Source: Haliotis cracherodii
Lineage: Eukaryota
Reading direction: 5' to 3'
Assembly: GCF_022045235.1 (NCBI RefSeq)
Contig: NW_027266275.1
Span: 77,190,001 to 77,254,000 of the forward strand
DNA length: 64,000 nt
This document shows, one piece after another, positions 26,830 to 40,200 of the stretch. The notes below the pieces were generated by a model. The model searched no databases. It saw only the letters and a list, made by a program, of their open reading frames with translations, and was not told where the DNA came from. Position 1 is the stretch's first letter, and every line of letters starts with the position of its first letter. Made by a program: the position numbers and the translations under genes.

Positions 26830-27870
26830 GTTTTGACATTCATGCGCTACAAGTAGATACACCTCAGGTTGTTGATTTCTGTTGAAAATACACGACTATG
26901 GTCAATTTTCTTGCAACAAATAGAAGTATCAAAGGGGGATAAGTCGCACAGTTAATAGCCTTTGGGATACCACAAAACAAAATTCAGATCATGTTGTCAC
27001 TGATTGATCGATTGGTTTTAAAACTAATTAACGGGAACACGGTGAAGAAATTACATCTGGTATAATAAAATTGAAAAATCTTAAATGTTAAAAAAATTAA
27101 AGCAAAACAAAAAACAACAACACGGTTCATTTGTCGAATCTTTCACCAAACAATCATAAATGTTACGAATGTTAGATATTTAACGAGCGCTTCCATCGAA
27201 GGTGATTTCTCTCTTTGTACCACACTTGTACAAAGTCAAAAATTATATGAAATATTCAACCATTTTGAGCAATTTATCCACATATACAATGAACTCGGAT
27301 CCACCTAAAGTAGATCAACTCAGAAATAATAGATGTTGGATAATCGTAAGCATATAAAGAAATACGAGGTATTGGTTTTTGAGTTGTTACGAAAGTTGGG
27401 TAATACATAACACTTAATCCTTGTTTATACAAAACATTGTAATTTAACGGGACAAAGGTTCTTTTTCTATTTAAAACAAAATAAAACAACAAAAACAACA
27501 AAAACAACAACAGTATGGTGACCAAAATGTCCCAAATGTTGAACTAATAATACTTTCCCATAGAGCCTATTTCCCAGCATCCTTCATTGTATAATACTCT
27601 GGGTATTCCATGACGTTCTCTCCGAACAACACGTTTCTATTATCTAATTTGTCCTATTTCATCCCAATACCGATACAGTCTTAATATACGCCAACGTGAT
27701 TTTGCTTATATGATGAAACAGGTAATATGAAAATGTATTAGATGTAAGCACTGTCTACCAGGGTACACGTACAATATTACGTAAAAATCAGTCTCGACAG
27801 ACAGTCTCGGCGTAAAAGGCAAGACAGCGGTGAAAATTATATGAAGGGATAACTTAAAATCAGTAATAAC

Positions 27871-27987
27871 ACCAGGGCCCAATTGCACAAAACGATCTTA
27901 GCGCTAAGATGACCCTGACTCCCATACATTAACATAGGCTTGCGATAGTCGTAGCGCCAAGATCGCTTCGTGCAAGTGGGCCCAGGT
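27871..27987. mobile_element. Small palindromic MITE (family of 58845-58956)
   Basis: cagggcccaattgcacaaaacgatcttagcgctaag...gatcgcttcgtgcaagtgggcccagg. Confidence 0.75.
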
Positions 27988-28111
27988 GTTTGTTTGTTTT
28001 TGTTGTTATTGTTTAACGTCGCACATATGGTACAATGTGTGAAGCCTATTTCTTATATCCGCCGCCGTAATATTGTTGGAATATTGCTAAAAGCGAGTAA
28101 AAACGCACTCA

Positions 28112-28261
28112 NNNNNNNNNNNNNNNNNNNNNNNNNNNNNNNNNNNNNNNNNNNNNNNNNNNNNNNNNNNNNNNNNNNNNNNNNNNNNNNNNNNNNNNNN
28201 NNNNNNNNNNNNNNNNNNNNNNNNNNNNNNNNNNNNNNNNNNNNNNNNNNNNNNNNNNNNN
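28112..28261. other. Assembly gap (150 N)
   Basis: Run of n; contiguity across it is scaffold-level only. Confidence 0.99.
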
Positions 28262-28767
28262 ATCACCATACCAGGGACCATGGGGACTTACAGTGCCTTT
28301 GCTTCCTGCATGGACCCCGGCAGGATTTATATCATCCCTTCAGTCACTGGTGATTGTATACCAGTTAAGCCTGAAGTTAAAATGACGAAAATACTACTCT
28401 TTAAAATTCTGGCATGCATACAAATACTTCGAATGATTAGGGACTTACATACCCTCTTAGGGGGACAATAATTTTACGCTACTTCAACCCCCCTCAAGGG
28501 TACAGCCATTAACAATCTCAGTTAGAAATAAGCACTACCAATTTATAAAAGAATATCCTAAATACATCAAAATTTATGAAACAGTTCTATTTCTTTTAAA
28601 AAGCATAATATTAAACGATAATTAACGTCATTAAAAAGGTCCTTGACCGTTTTAACACTGAAATATTTATCCCTTGTGATGGAAAAATCAATACAGTCAA
28701 GCAGGACATGCTTGACCGTGATTCTTTCATCACAAGGGATCTATCTCAAGTGGAGTAGCATATATAC

Positions 28768-28801
<34 letters not shown>

Positions 28802-28879
28802 TTCCTCAGCGGTATCCATGTACAGGACGTTACCATGAGCACTTAAGCAGGTATACTGAAATAATGGATATTCTCATAT

Positions 28880-29117
28880 AGCAGATGCAGCGTCAGTCTG
28901 AACCCGGTTTCAGTACAGATGCCAAAGATGATTGGTTAGATTCAACTGGGTCATATCAGCCCTAGTATCAGAAAGGAAATATGCCTGTGTTTGATCGCCA
29001 GATGAACGTTGACCTCAAACATTTGCACCCACCCAGCCATGTGGATTTCAAGTCATGCACAGATATGTAATCTCTGCTTCTTGTTGCATTCATTGCCTGT
29101 TCCTCATCCCATGCTAC
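28880..29117 (-). pseudogene. Possible decayed C-type lectin-like exon
   Basis: After a cag acceptor reads VAWDEEQ...STWLGGCKCLRSTFIWRSNTGIFPF*Y*G*YDP; the WLGG..FIW..YWG..P spacing recalls C-type lectin domains, and each stop is one change from CGA or TGG. Confidence 0.25.
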
Positions 29118-29450
29118 CTGTGTGTACATAGTGGAATGACTTTAACACCTTAACATTTATAGTTTGTTTCTGAATACGTCAAGTTATGTTTACTGTTGAA
29201 GCATTGGGCTGTTGTTTTCTGTCGTGAGGTGGTGTATGATGTTGAGGCCATTCAGTAGTACAGTGGATACTGCCATCTCTTATCATTCTGCAGTCCTAAG
29301 TTTGCTTCTTTGAATAGGTGCAGTCTGAGATGTCACTTAATAGTGACAATAGTTTCACTTAGCTACAGTATCTTCCCAGATGTGAAGAGCCCTACACTGT
29401 TTGAGGTATCATTGATCTTCAGCATTTTTCTGCTGTGGTCAAAATATTAT

Positions 29451-29850
29451 TGTTTGTTTGTTGTTTAACGCCGCACTCAGCAATATTCCAGCTATATGAC
29501 GGCGGTCTGTAAAAAATCGAGTCTTGACCAGACAATCTAGTGATTGATATCATTTGCATCGATCCACGTTATTGGCGGATACAGAGGGGGTGGGGGTGGG
29601 GGGTGGGGGGTGGGGGTATTTCTGTATAAATTACCACCAAAGACAATAAATAGATCTTAATTGTGCACCCCCGCCCCCCCTTTTCAAAAAAGCTGTATCC
29701 GCCCATGATTGGTATACGATGACATGCACCATCCAAGTCAGCGCGCCTGACCACCTGATCCCGTTAGTCGCCTCTTACGACAAGCATAGTAGTCTTTTAC
29801 GGAAAGCATGGGTTGTTGAAGACCTATCATAACTCGGATCATTACGGATC
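29451..29850 (-). mobile_element. Family B retroposon with an internal G-rich insertion
   Basis: Tail gtttaacgccgcactcagcaatattccagc; head reverse complement near 29760-29850; unrelated insert ~29570-29705. Confidence 0.8.
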
Positions 29851-30639
29851 TAAACAAGGTGTTAAAGCATGTAATGGAGTAATTTAGAAGACATTTTTTA
29901 CAGGATAACTTAAATTATTAATCATTATTTCACATTTCATAAATAGATTTGTTTTCTCCCGCCACGTTATTGCTGGAATATTGCTAAAAGCGGCGTAAAC
30001 CATACTCACTCACTCATATACAGAAGAGCACGGAGGCGTCTGTAATTCGGATGAAACGTGTATACTTATCATTATGTGTCGAGAGTTAAATGCAGTGGTG
30101 AGCCAGGGCCCACTTGCACAAAGCGTTTTGTGCAAGTCGGCCCATGTGTGGTTAAGTTTAGTATACGTGTGGATTCTTATCTTGAGTGCCAAGATGGCAG
30201 GAATGAGTACATAGATATCTACACAACAGATCATGCACCATCACGATCTCGCACTGAAATACAATCTGGCAGCATTTATCTTCAAGGTCAAGTAACAGGA
30301 CAAGTAAAGCAGGTCAAGGTAATGTCGGCACCTTTCGTTTCTAATGTCACAACTTACCGTAAATATTATTCGTTTAGAGGCCACGGATTAAAAAGCATAC
30401 CTGCCGGATCTATTCCCTGTAAATACAGCTCTGTGCTGTCACTAAATGTGTAGCTATTACACAGTTATTGACCTTCTATCCCCGTTGTTTACCTGGCTGA
30501 AACTAATAGATGCCGACAGGCATTAAATCCAGCCAACGGTAGAAGTCAGGGAATTAATGGTAAGGTGAGGTGGAATGGAGTTTAACGTCGCGTTCAAGAT
30601 TATTGCACTTACACAGTGAAGTACATGCACGTATATGTG

Positions 30640-30920
30640 TGTGTGTGGCTGCTTGTCTTAGTCCGGATTAATGCCGATTCTTTAGTGCTAGCACCGCTGA
30701 GATCCATGAGATACCATGTCTCAATTTAACATGAATACCCCAGACACAGTATTCTGACTCCGAGCCGACCGGTCCTTACTTTAGCCCTAAATGCCAAGCG
30801 CCAGACAGGATAGCAACAAGTACCATTTTTTTACGTCTTTTATAGTATGACGCAGCCGGGTATCGGGCCGACCTACCGCTCCCCGGGCAGACGCTCTATC
30901 CACTAGACCACAGATGTAGT
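30640..30920 (-). mobile_element. tRNA-derived SINE-like element (family D)
   Basis: Minus strand gtggtctagtggatagagcgtctg tRNA-like head; body related to the SINE at 51589. Confidence 0.55.
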
Positions 30921-31070
30921 TCGACTAGTAAAGAATGATGTTATTGGATGATGAACTTATAATCGAGGAAATACGGTACTGATAATCTTATCTCGTCTTG
31001 TTCATCTAGATGTGTTGTAGTTCAGAGTGAAGTTCTGTTATTTGTGGGCTAGCTTCCACTTTGAAGAACG

Positions 31071-32360
31071 ATGTCTGGAAAAGCGCGAGAGTTCCCCCGC
31101 GTCAAGGCAGTGAGGGCCTATACAATGGCAGCTAGCATGAAGGATCAGGGATCCGACTGCCATGACGTTGTAGACGATCACTGGATTAACGGAGGACTGG
31201 CACCAATCGCCAACCCTATGTCAGGCTATCTTCAATACAGAGCTTTCAGGAAATCCTGGGGAATCAACGCACTTGGAACTTTGGTAGTTGAAGTTGAAGC
31301 AGACGATGGAACTACGGGCGTTGGCGTCACCATCGGCGGAGAACCCGGATGTTACATCGTCGAGCGGCATCTAAGTAGATTTGTTGAAGGTCAAGATCCT
31401 CGTGATGTGGAACTTATGTGGGATCAGATGTTCCGAGCTACACTGAACTATGGGCGGAAGGGGTTGCCTATACAAGCTATAAGTGCCGTGGATTTAGCTC
31501 TGTGGGATCTTCTGGGCCGTTTGCGGAATGAGCCAGTGTATGCGTTGCTTGGCGGGAAAACTAAAGATCGCCTGCCAGTCTATTCAACAACGGGTCGCCC
31601 TGATCTCGCCAAGGAATTTGGGTTTGTCGGAGCGAAGATTCCATGTCCATACGGTCCTGATGAGGGAGATGAAGGATTGAGGAAAAACGTCGAGTTCTTC
31701 AAAGGATGGAGAGAGAAAGTTGGACCCGATTTCCCATTGTCTCTGGACTGTTATATGGCTCTGACAGTCCCTTATGCTATTCGTCTAGCAAAGGAATTAG
31801 AGCCACTTGGTCTGAAATGGATTGAAGAATTTCTGCCTCCAGACGATTATGAAGGCTACGGCGAGGTGAGGAAGGCACTGAGAGGTTCGAAAGTTCTTCT
31901 AACGACAGGAGAACACGAATATACAAGGTATGGATTCAGACAACTTCTTAGTTCAAGATGTGTCGATGTTATTCAACCAGACATCACATGGCTTGGAGGG
32001 ATTACAGAAGCCAGGAGGGTGGTTGCCATGGCGTCAGCGCATGACGTCTTGGTCATTCCCCATGGTTCAAGCGTCTACTCGTATCATCTTCAGTATGCCT
32101 TCAGGAACTGTCCACTAGCGGAATTCATCAATCTGAGTCCGAAAGCCGACAAGATTACGCCCTATTTTGGAGGGATATTTCCTGACGAACCTCTACCTAA
32201 AGATGGCTTCATTGACCTTCCACCAAGAGCTGGATTTGGTGTGACATTGTGTAAGGACAATCTGACCAGACCGTACCAAAGGTCAGAGAAAGAGTCTTCC
32301 CAACAGGCAAACCAGAACATAGAGAGAAAAGTACCAGAGAAGGCCTCTTTTCCATTTTAA
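31071..32360 (+). CDS. L-rhamnonate dehydratase-like protein (RhmD/Lra3 family, mandelate racemase subgroup of the enolase superfamily), single coding exon
   Basis: 429-aa ORF with DCHD..DHWI, IANPMS, SWGINALGTLVVEVEA, SAVDLALWDL, GAKIP, LDCYM, WIEE, TGEHE, QPD, IPHGSSVYSYH and AEF, collinear with E. coli RhmD as recalled. AATAAA at 32512; candidate 5'-UTR intron 30560-31009. Confidence 0.9.
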   Translation: MSGKAREFPRVKAVRAYTMAASMKDQGSDCHDVVDDHWINGGLAPIANPMSGYLQYRAFRKSWGINALGTLVVEVEADDGTTGVGVTIGGEPGCYIVERHLSRFVEGQDPRDVELMWDQMFRATLNYGRKGLPIQAISAVDLALWDLLGRLRNEPVYALLGGKTKDRLPVYSTTGRPDLAKEFGFVGAKIPCPYGPDEGDEGLRKNVEFFKGWREKVGPDFPLSLDCYMALTVPYAIRLAKELEPLGLKWIEEFLPPDDYEGYGEVRKALRGSKVLLTTGEHEYTRYGFRQLLSSRCVDVIQPDITWLGGITEARRVVAMASAHDVLVIPHGSSVYSYHLQYAFRNCPLAEFINLSPKADKITPYFGGIFPDEPLPKDGFIDLPPRAGFGVTLCKDNLTRPYQRSEKESSQQANQNIERKVPEKASFPF

Positions 32361-32855
32361 GATTGACAGTTGGATTGCTCGGTTAATTGCTTGTGTGTCA
32401 GCATCTATGCTCAATACTTTGTAAAATAACAGATGTTGAGACTACCATTCGATTATGATGTAAAATGAAAGCATACTGCAGCTTCTAAAATGCCACTTAA
32501 AGACATTGAAAAATAAATGTCAAGAAATTGTAGTCTTTGTTTTGTTGCACATCTATTAGTGAAGACAACAGCAATTCCTTCAGGCATAAAGCATCAATAC
32601 CATAGTTGGGTGTTCAGTAAACAGGAGTTTGAACATATGTGATCGTTGTTTATAAGAACCTGTTGTTTATTTGACCCTGTTACAAACTAGGGTCCTAATT
32701 ACTGTTCAACAGACCTGTGGTGATAAGGGGCAAGAGTATAGGAGCTTGCAAGAGACGACAAAATGGATCATGTTGTTGGGCTTGGCAACATCATATCATA
32801 TATAGGACATCTGTTATATGCAGGAGATACAGAGTATCCTGACACGTGGAATATT

Positions 32856-33097
32856 GTTTGTTTGTTTATTGTTTAACGCTACTATCAGCAATATTCCAGC
32901 AATAAGAGGACGATCTGTAAATAATTGAGGCTTGACCGGACAATGAAGTGAGTGATATCATGAGCATCGATCTATACAATTAGGATATGATGACATGCAT
33001 CAACCAAGTCAAGGAGGCTGACCACACGATCCTGTTAGTCGCCTCTTACGGTAAATATGGGTTGCTGAAGACCTGTTCTACCCCGAATCTTCATGAG
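32856..33097 (-). mobile_element. Family B retroposon
   Basis: (gttt)n tail and gttagtcgcctcttacg...gttgctgaagacctgttctaccccgaatcttca. Confidence 0.8.
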
Positions 33098-34222
33098 TTG
33101 ACAGATGGCATAAGTACTACAGTTTAACGATTATGAGTGGATGAAACCGACCACTGTCTTCTCATTTGCATGTTCCACAAAGGTTACAGTCTCTAAAAGG
33201 GGGACTAGGCAGCTTATTGGCAGTCCCAGGCAATTTGATTCAAATACTTCAGTCTCATTACAATCATATCTTATTACACACTCCCACTACACAAAGATGT
33301 GAGAACATCCCATCACAGGTCAAGCCAGATCAAGATTGCAAATACCTGACACACCACTTTGCTCGTCTGCTGGGTCTATTTTTCGGATGTTGATTGATGT
33401 AGTTGTTGATGATTACCCTGATGACACACAGACGGCCACAGGTGGATGTAATTACGTCTAGGTCAAGGAAGAAACTGCATCAAACCTTGGACATTATCTC
33501 CCACTGAAAGGCAATGCTCATTGGTTGCTCATTTTTTTTGTGAAACCCAACAACTCACTCACTCTTGAGGATTAATGAATGAATAGGAACACTCACACAC
33601 TACTTGTATAAATCATAGTTTATTCATGTGATTCCAGCATTATATTTAAATATATATATATGTTGTAAAGTGACTGAAATATTTAGGCTTTTTGGAAATT
33701 GCCTTTGTGAAAATTCCAGTCATTTTACAACTTGACTGGAACAAATATATACTGGAACAAATGAGCCCAGATTTGAAGACTCAAATTGTAGATTTAGGAC
33801 AAAGCTTTGCTTGCAAAATAATTCTGCCAAGTTCAGTATTTCCAAAAAGTGTGAAAAAAGGAGCAAATTTGGCATTTTAAAAGGAAATAATCTGTTAAAA
33901 AATAAATGGACGGACAAACACATTAACATATCACATTACCTAAATTTAACTTAATAACTTATATACAATAGATACCTTTAATGTACAGAACAAAATATAC
34001 AGACATTTTCATAGTACAGATTATTTCACACAAGGTCTTGACCTTAGCATTCAAACCAGAATGATATTGATAGAACATAAATCTCAAACAGACCGTCAAC
34101 TACAAGCAATGCATTAAACAGTAGGTGATGACTTGTTAGAAAAACTGTTCCAGATACTGATTGGCAGGCAAAAAATCAATCCTGTAGGTCCTCGATTACA
34201 TGCATCGATGCTGGTGAATGCA

Positions 34223-37200
34223 TTAATCCTCATCATGGGGCACCCCCCGGGAGCTGAGAGCGATGGTGACGTTCCTCAATGCTGGTTGTACGTGTGGGAA
34301 CTCCTGGTTGAGCCTGTCCACGATGGTGCTGAGCGCCTGCATGCGATCTATCTGCTTGTTGTGTTCTGTCTCCAGGGAGGACTCCGACTTGCACAGCATG
34401 GTGTACTTGCCATCCTTCACTTGCTGGTAATACTTGTGTTTCTGCTGCTTGGCAATAAGATCCTTCATATTCTGGAACATATTCAATCATATTGGAATTA
34501 CATTTATTAACCATATTTTCTTGAGTATAGAGTACCCCTTACCCCCTCTAGGGGATGCAGTATTTTGGAAAAAGGATTTTTTTAGCCTTATGCGCAGTCA
34601 GATATTTTCGACTCATTTCAGGTGCAGTCATGATATGAAACATCAATTAAGAACTTTGCCATTGTGTCATTGTGTGAATAAAGGCAACTGCAAATTGCAA
34701 ATTCAAATAAATATATTATGCATTTGAATATTAATAATATTGTAATTACATCCGAATTGACTCCATGATCTATGACATTGTTTGTTTACCTCTCTCCTGT
34801 GAACAATGGATGCTATCACTTTATTTCATTATATATTTTATATTTTTGGATGGTAATTGCTAAATCAATTTTCATTCACAACGTATGCAGATTAATCTGT
34901 GTCTATCTACCTAGGAATCTCCACATCAAACCAGCGATGATATCCTTACCACACCTTACAGAATATCATTAAGGTACATTCTCAGCCAAATCCATTACTT
35001 TTCATTGCAGCAAGCTGTAATTGTTGTATTACGTTATGATTGATTAAAATAACAACACTGTCAAAACATGTGAATAATAAAGTCTCACAGTGGAGTGCTG
35101 TCTGTGACTGGACATGTGATCATTTCCTCTATATAAAACCTTTGTGACACAACTTCATTTTTCCCTGCCCTGATACAGGATGCAGTCATAGACAATTTTA
35201 TTAATTAGATATGAATGTGTCCTCTTTGAAACATACTCCCTGGAGCTGAAAACACGATATATTCATATATTTCTTAGATAATGAGAGTTGACACAATAAC
35301 AATTTTTATTTTAAGAATATGCTAATCAGTGGGGGGGGGGGGGGGGGGGGGGGGGGGAAGGGGGGGGAATGAAAAAATGATACGAAAGAGGGGTGGCCAA
35401 GCAAAATTCACAACTATAGGGGTAATGAAAAAATGAAATTTGAATATTATTTTGAGTCTGGTCATTTGCTATAGGCAGGGAGGGGGGAAAATATGATACA
35501 GATCTACAACCAATTCCACCAGCCCACACACTCTCTATAAGATATGACCAGTCCCTTAATTTAATTCAAACACTTTCATGCATAGTTCAAATACAGTACG
35601 CTGAACTAGGGCTGGGACGAGCCCAAATTTACTACCCGGGTACCTGATCCCCTATTACCTGGCCCTACCCGGGTACCCACTGCAGGTCTCAAGAGTTGGG
35701 AACAAAATGTCTGATTGAGAAGTGTTTTATCGTAGCCCTGGCCAAAACTATTTAGATACATGTATCAAACGATCAGATCAGGCGTACACTGAAGTTGACT
35801 GAAGGTTTACCTTTACTCAGACATACACAAGTCAAAAGGATTGTGTCAGAAAGAAATGCGAACATTAGCGACTTGTGGAGTTTTTGTTATCAAACAATAT
35901 ATCATGTGACTAACCACGGGACTGGGTAGTCCTGTGGGTACCCGGGTCCTACTCAGGACCCACCCGACCCTAGTACCCGAGTTACCCGTCCCAGCCCTAC
36001 GTTGAGCCCTTACATAAAGTGCTATTTCCTTGGGCTGAATGCTTTAAGCCTACATACACACTAATCCACAAGAGGATAAATATCAATGTTCCAGACGCAG
36101 CAGCCACTACACCATGATAAGACACAATCCACACCTTTAACTTCACATCAAGGAGCCTCTCGATGTCCCCATCCAGGGTGTCTGCAGAGCCCTGGAGTTG
36201 CTGACAGTTGACCTGCTTCTCCTCGAGCTGCCCACTCAGCTCCTGCTGGTGATCGCGCAGCTCATGAATGTCACTGTCACAGCTTGAAGCATCCTGTAGT
36301 ATAGAGATGGCACACAGAGTGAGTGAGTGACTAGGAGAGAGAGGGAGGGAGCGAGAGTGAGTGAGTGAATGATAGAGGGAGTTTAACGCCACAGTCAGCA
36401 ATATCCCAGATATATGATGGCAATCTGTACATAATGAACCTGAACCAAACAATCCAGTGATAGATATTGTGAACAATGATTCACGCTGTTGGGTATGATG
36501 ACACGCTATATACTAAGTCACCAAACCTGACCACACCATATACTTGGTCATCTCTTATGACCTGCATGAGCTGCTGGGACCTGACCACATGATATACTTG
36601 GTCATCTCTTATGACCTGCATGAGCTGCTGGGACCTGACCACATGGTATACTTGGTCATCTCTTATGACCTGCATGAGCTGCTGGGACCTGACCACATGA
36701 TATACTTGGTCATCTCTTATGACCTGCATGAGCTGCTGGGACCTGACCACATGATATACTTGGTCATCTCTTATGACCTGCATGAGCTGCTGGGACCTGA
36801 CCACATGGTATACTTGGTCATCTCTTATGACCTGCATGAGCTGCTGGGACCTGACCACACGATATACTTGGTCATCTCTTATGACCTGCATGAGCTGCTT
36901 GGACCTGACAACACGATATACTTAGTCATCTCTTATGACCTGCATGAGCTGCTGGGACCTGTTCTAACCTGGAATCCCAACAGGGTCCGTAATGGTTAAA
37001 GTGGTAGTCAACAAGGAAATGTCATCAGTGCTTCCTGAATCTTAATTCTGATCCCTGGTCAGTGATATATCACTTTCATGTCTGCCTGTATTAGTGTGAC
37101 CCAAGCAAACCAGCAACTGATGGCATGAGCAGCGATCTATGCAACTGGAGTACCATGACACATGACAGCCAGGCCACACATTCTTGTTACCAACCGATCC

Positions 37201-40200
37201 TCGCTGGTCAGCTTTTAGTACAATCATGGGGTAATGGCGAGTTCATTGTAATTAGCCCTAGAACAGGCAAACAATCTAACAGGAGCACTGTTCGAGTGAG
37301 TGTGAGTGTGAATTGGGCTTAACACTGCTTTTAACAGTATTCCAGTCATACCACAGCGTGTCAGCTCAATGTGGAAGGAAAGCCTGAAGTGATGCAGATC
37401 TGACATTTACCACTTTGGTGAAACCCCCAAACCCACAAGCATGATGCTGACAAACCTGGAAACAAAATTCAGCATGTCAGCTCAATGTGGGAGGAAAGCC
37501 TGAAGTGATGCAGATCTGACATTTACCGATTTGGTGGAACCCCAGACCCACAAGCATGGTGCTGACAAACCTGGAAACAAAATTGGGCATTTGAACACAC
37601 AATCATAGGTTTAGGGCTGGCCCAAGGGAGACAACTCTGCACAGTGAATTACCGCGCCTTAGGTGACTAGGCCCTCCATGCCCCAAGCACTGTTCGAAGT
37701 AATCATAGTTCAATGACACATTTTCAAAGTGACCCATTCTAGTACCATAATCTCAGCCGCCATTAAGGTAACCTTTACAAGCACTAGGGTTCTAATGTGC
37801 ACAAGGCTACCAACTTAGTCACATCCGAATGACTTCCCTGATTTGCATTTTCAAACAAAATTGACAGAGGAAGAAACAAAACTTACATTTGTTGTTTGTT
37901 TTATCTTTCTACGATGCTCAGCCATCTGTCTCTCAAACGTTCCCTTGGTAACAACTTTCTGCTTCATCTTGGACTGAGAGTCACCTCGGGTAACGATGGT
38001 GTCTCTCCTGAATATATAGATGGATGGATTTAACAGGAAATATAAACAACATACTAACTGGAACAAGTCAAGTCTTGTTTTAAAGCCACTTTTACCATTA
38101 TTACAGGATTAACCAGTGGACTTCCACAAACACCCCTCTGGCCATCCCCCCCCAAACCCCAAACCATCAACATCAAAAACACAACTTCGCAACTTTGTCA
38201 TATTTACTGTTACAGCAAATGTGTTATGAGATATCTAACAGGTAATGAGAACTCCTACAAATACATTACACAGCTGACATACCTGGAGACGGCCTTCTCC
38301 ATGTCCTGGATCATCTTCTCCTGTTGCTTCATCAGCTGACTGTACCTGACCTGCATCCGATGGATCTCGGACTTCATGGCTCTGATCTCCCCCTGTCCAA
38401 TCTCAGAGTCTACAGCTGCCCGGGTCTCCCTGGCAAGCTGGGTCTTCTTCTCCCACAACATGATTTGACGCCTGAAACAAGAAATATTGGATACTTGAAA
38501 AAACTATATTTTTCCTTTAGCAGAGGATGTTAAAATATGAATAAAATTGCCAACCATCTGTCTCTACTCACTCTGCCTCCACTCAGACTGTTCAGTAGCC
38601 TCACTACCACCTGTCTCTACTCAGACTGTTCAGTAGCCTCCCTACCACTTGTCTCTACTCAGGCTGTTAAGTAGCCTCCATACCACCTGTCTCTACTCAG
38701 ACTGTTCAGTAGCCTCACTACCACCTGTCTCTACTCAGGCTGTTCAGTAGCCTCCCGTCCACCTGTCTCTACTCAGGCTGTTAAGTAGCCTCCCTTCCAC
38801 CTGACTCTACTCAGACTGTTCAGTAGCCTCCCTACCACTTGTCTCCACTCAGGCTGTTAAGTAGCCTCCCTTCCACCTGTCTCTACTCAAGCTGTTAAGT
38901 AGCCTCCCTTCCACCTGACTCTACTCAGGCTGTTAAGTAGCCTCCCTACCACCTGTCTCTACTCAGGCTGTTAAGTAGCCTCCCTACCACTTGTCTCTAC
39001 TCAGGCTGTTAAGTAGCCTCCCTTCCACCTGACTCTACTCAGGCTGTTAAGTAGCCTCCCTACCACTTGTCTCTACTCAGGCTGTTAAGTAGCCTCCCTA
39101 CCACCTGTCTCTACTCAGGCTGTTAAGTAGCCTCCCTACCACTTGTCTCTACTCAGGCTGTTAAGTAGCCTCCCTTCCACCTGACTCTACTCAGGCTGTT
39201 AAGTAGCCTCCCTACCACCTGACTCTACTCAGGCTGTTAAGTAGCCTCCCTACCACTTGTCTCTACTCAAGCTGTTAAGTAGCCTCCCTTCCACCTGACT
39301 CTACTCAGGCTGTTAAGTAGCCTCACTACCACCTGTCTCTACTCAGGCTGTTAAGTAGCCTCCCTACCACTTGTCTCTACTCAGGCTGTTAAGTAGCCTC
39401 CCTTCCACCTGACTCTACTCAGGCTGTTAAGTAGCCTCCCTACCACTTGTCTCTACTCAGGCTGTTAAGTAGCCTCCCTACCACCTGACTCTACTCAGAC
39501 TGTTCAGTAGCCTCCCTACCACTTGTCTCTACTCAGGCTGTTAAGTAGCCTCCATACCACCTGTCTCTACTCAGACTGTTCAGTAGCCTCACTACCACCT
39601 GTCTCTACTCAGGCTGTTCAGTAGCCTCCCGTCCACCTGTCTCTACTCAGGCTGTTAAGTAGCCTCCCTTCCACCTGACTCTACTCAGACTGTTCAGTAG
39701 CCTCCCTACCACTTGTCTCCACTCAGGCTGTTAAGTAGCCTCCCTTCCACCTGTCTCTACTCAAGCTGTTAAGTAGCCTCCCTTCCACCTGACTCTACTC
39801 AGGCTGTTAAGTAGCCTCCCTACCACCTGTCTCTACTCAGGCTGTTAAGTAGCCTCCCTACCACTTGTCTCTACTCAGGCTGTTAAGTAGCCTCCCTTCC
39901 ACCTGACTCTACTCAGGCTGTTAAGTAGCCTCCCTACCACTTGTCTCTACTCAGGCTGTTAAGTAGCCTCCCTACCACCTGTCTCTACTCAGGCTGTTAA
40001 GTAGCCTCCCTACCACTTGTCTCTACTCAGGCTGTTAAGTAGCCTCCCTTCCACCTGACTCTACTCAGGCTGTTAAGTAGCCTCCCTACCACCTGACTCT
40101 ACTCAGGCTGTTAAGTAGCCTCCCTACCACTTGTCTCTACTCAAGCTGTTAAGTAGCCTCCCTTCCACCTGACTCTACTCAGGCTGTTAAGTAGCCTCAC

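Noticed and set aside
31071-32360. Bacterial contamination as source of the dehydratase
   Set aside because: Flanked by host SINE families, contiguous without a gap into CCDC40, has a polyA signal and no operon neighbours; long reads would settle it.
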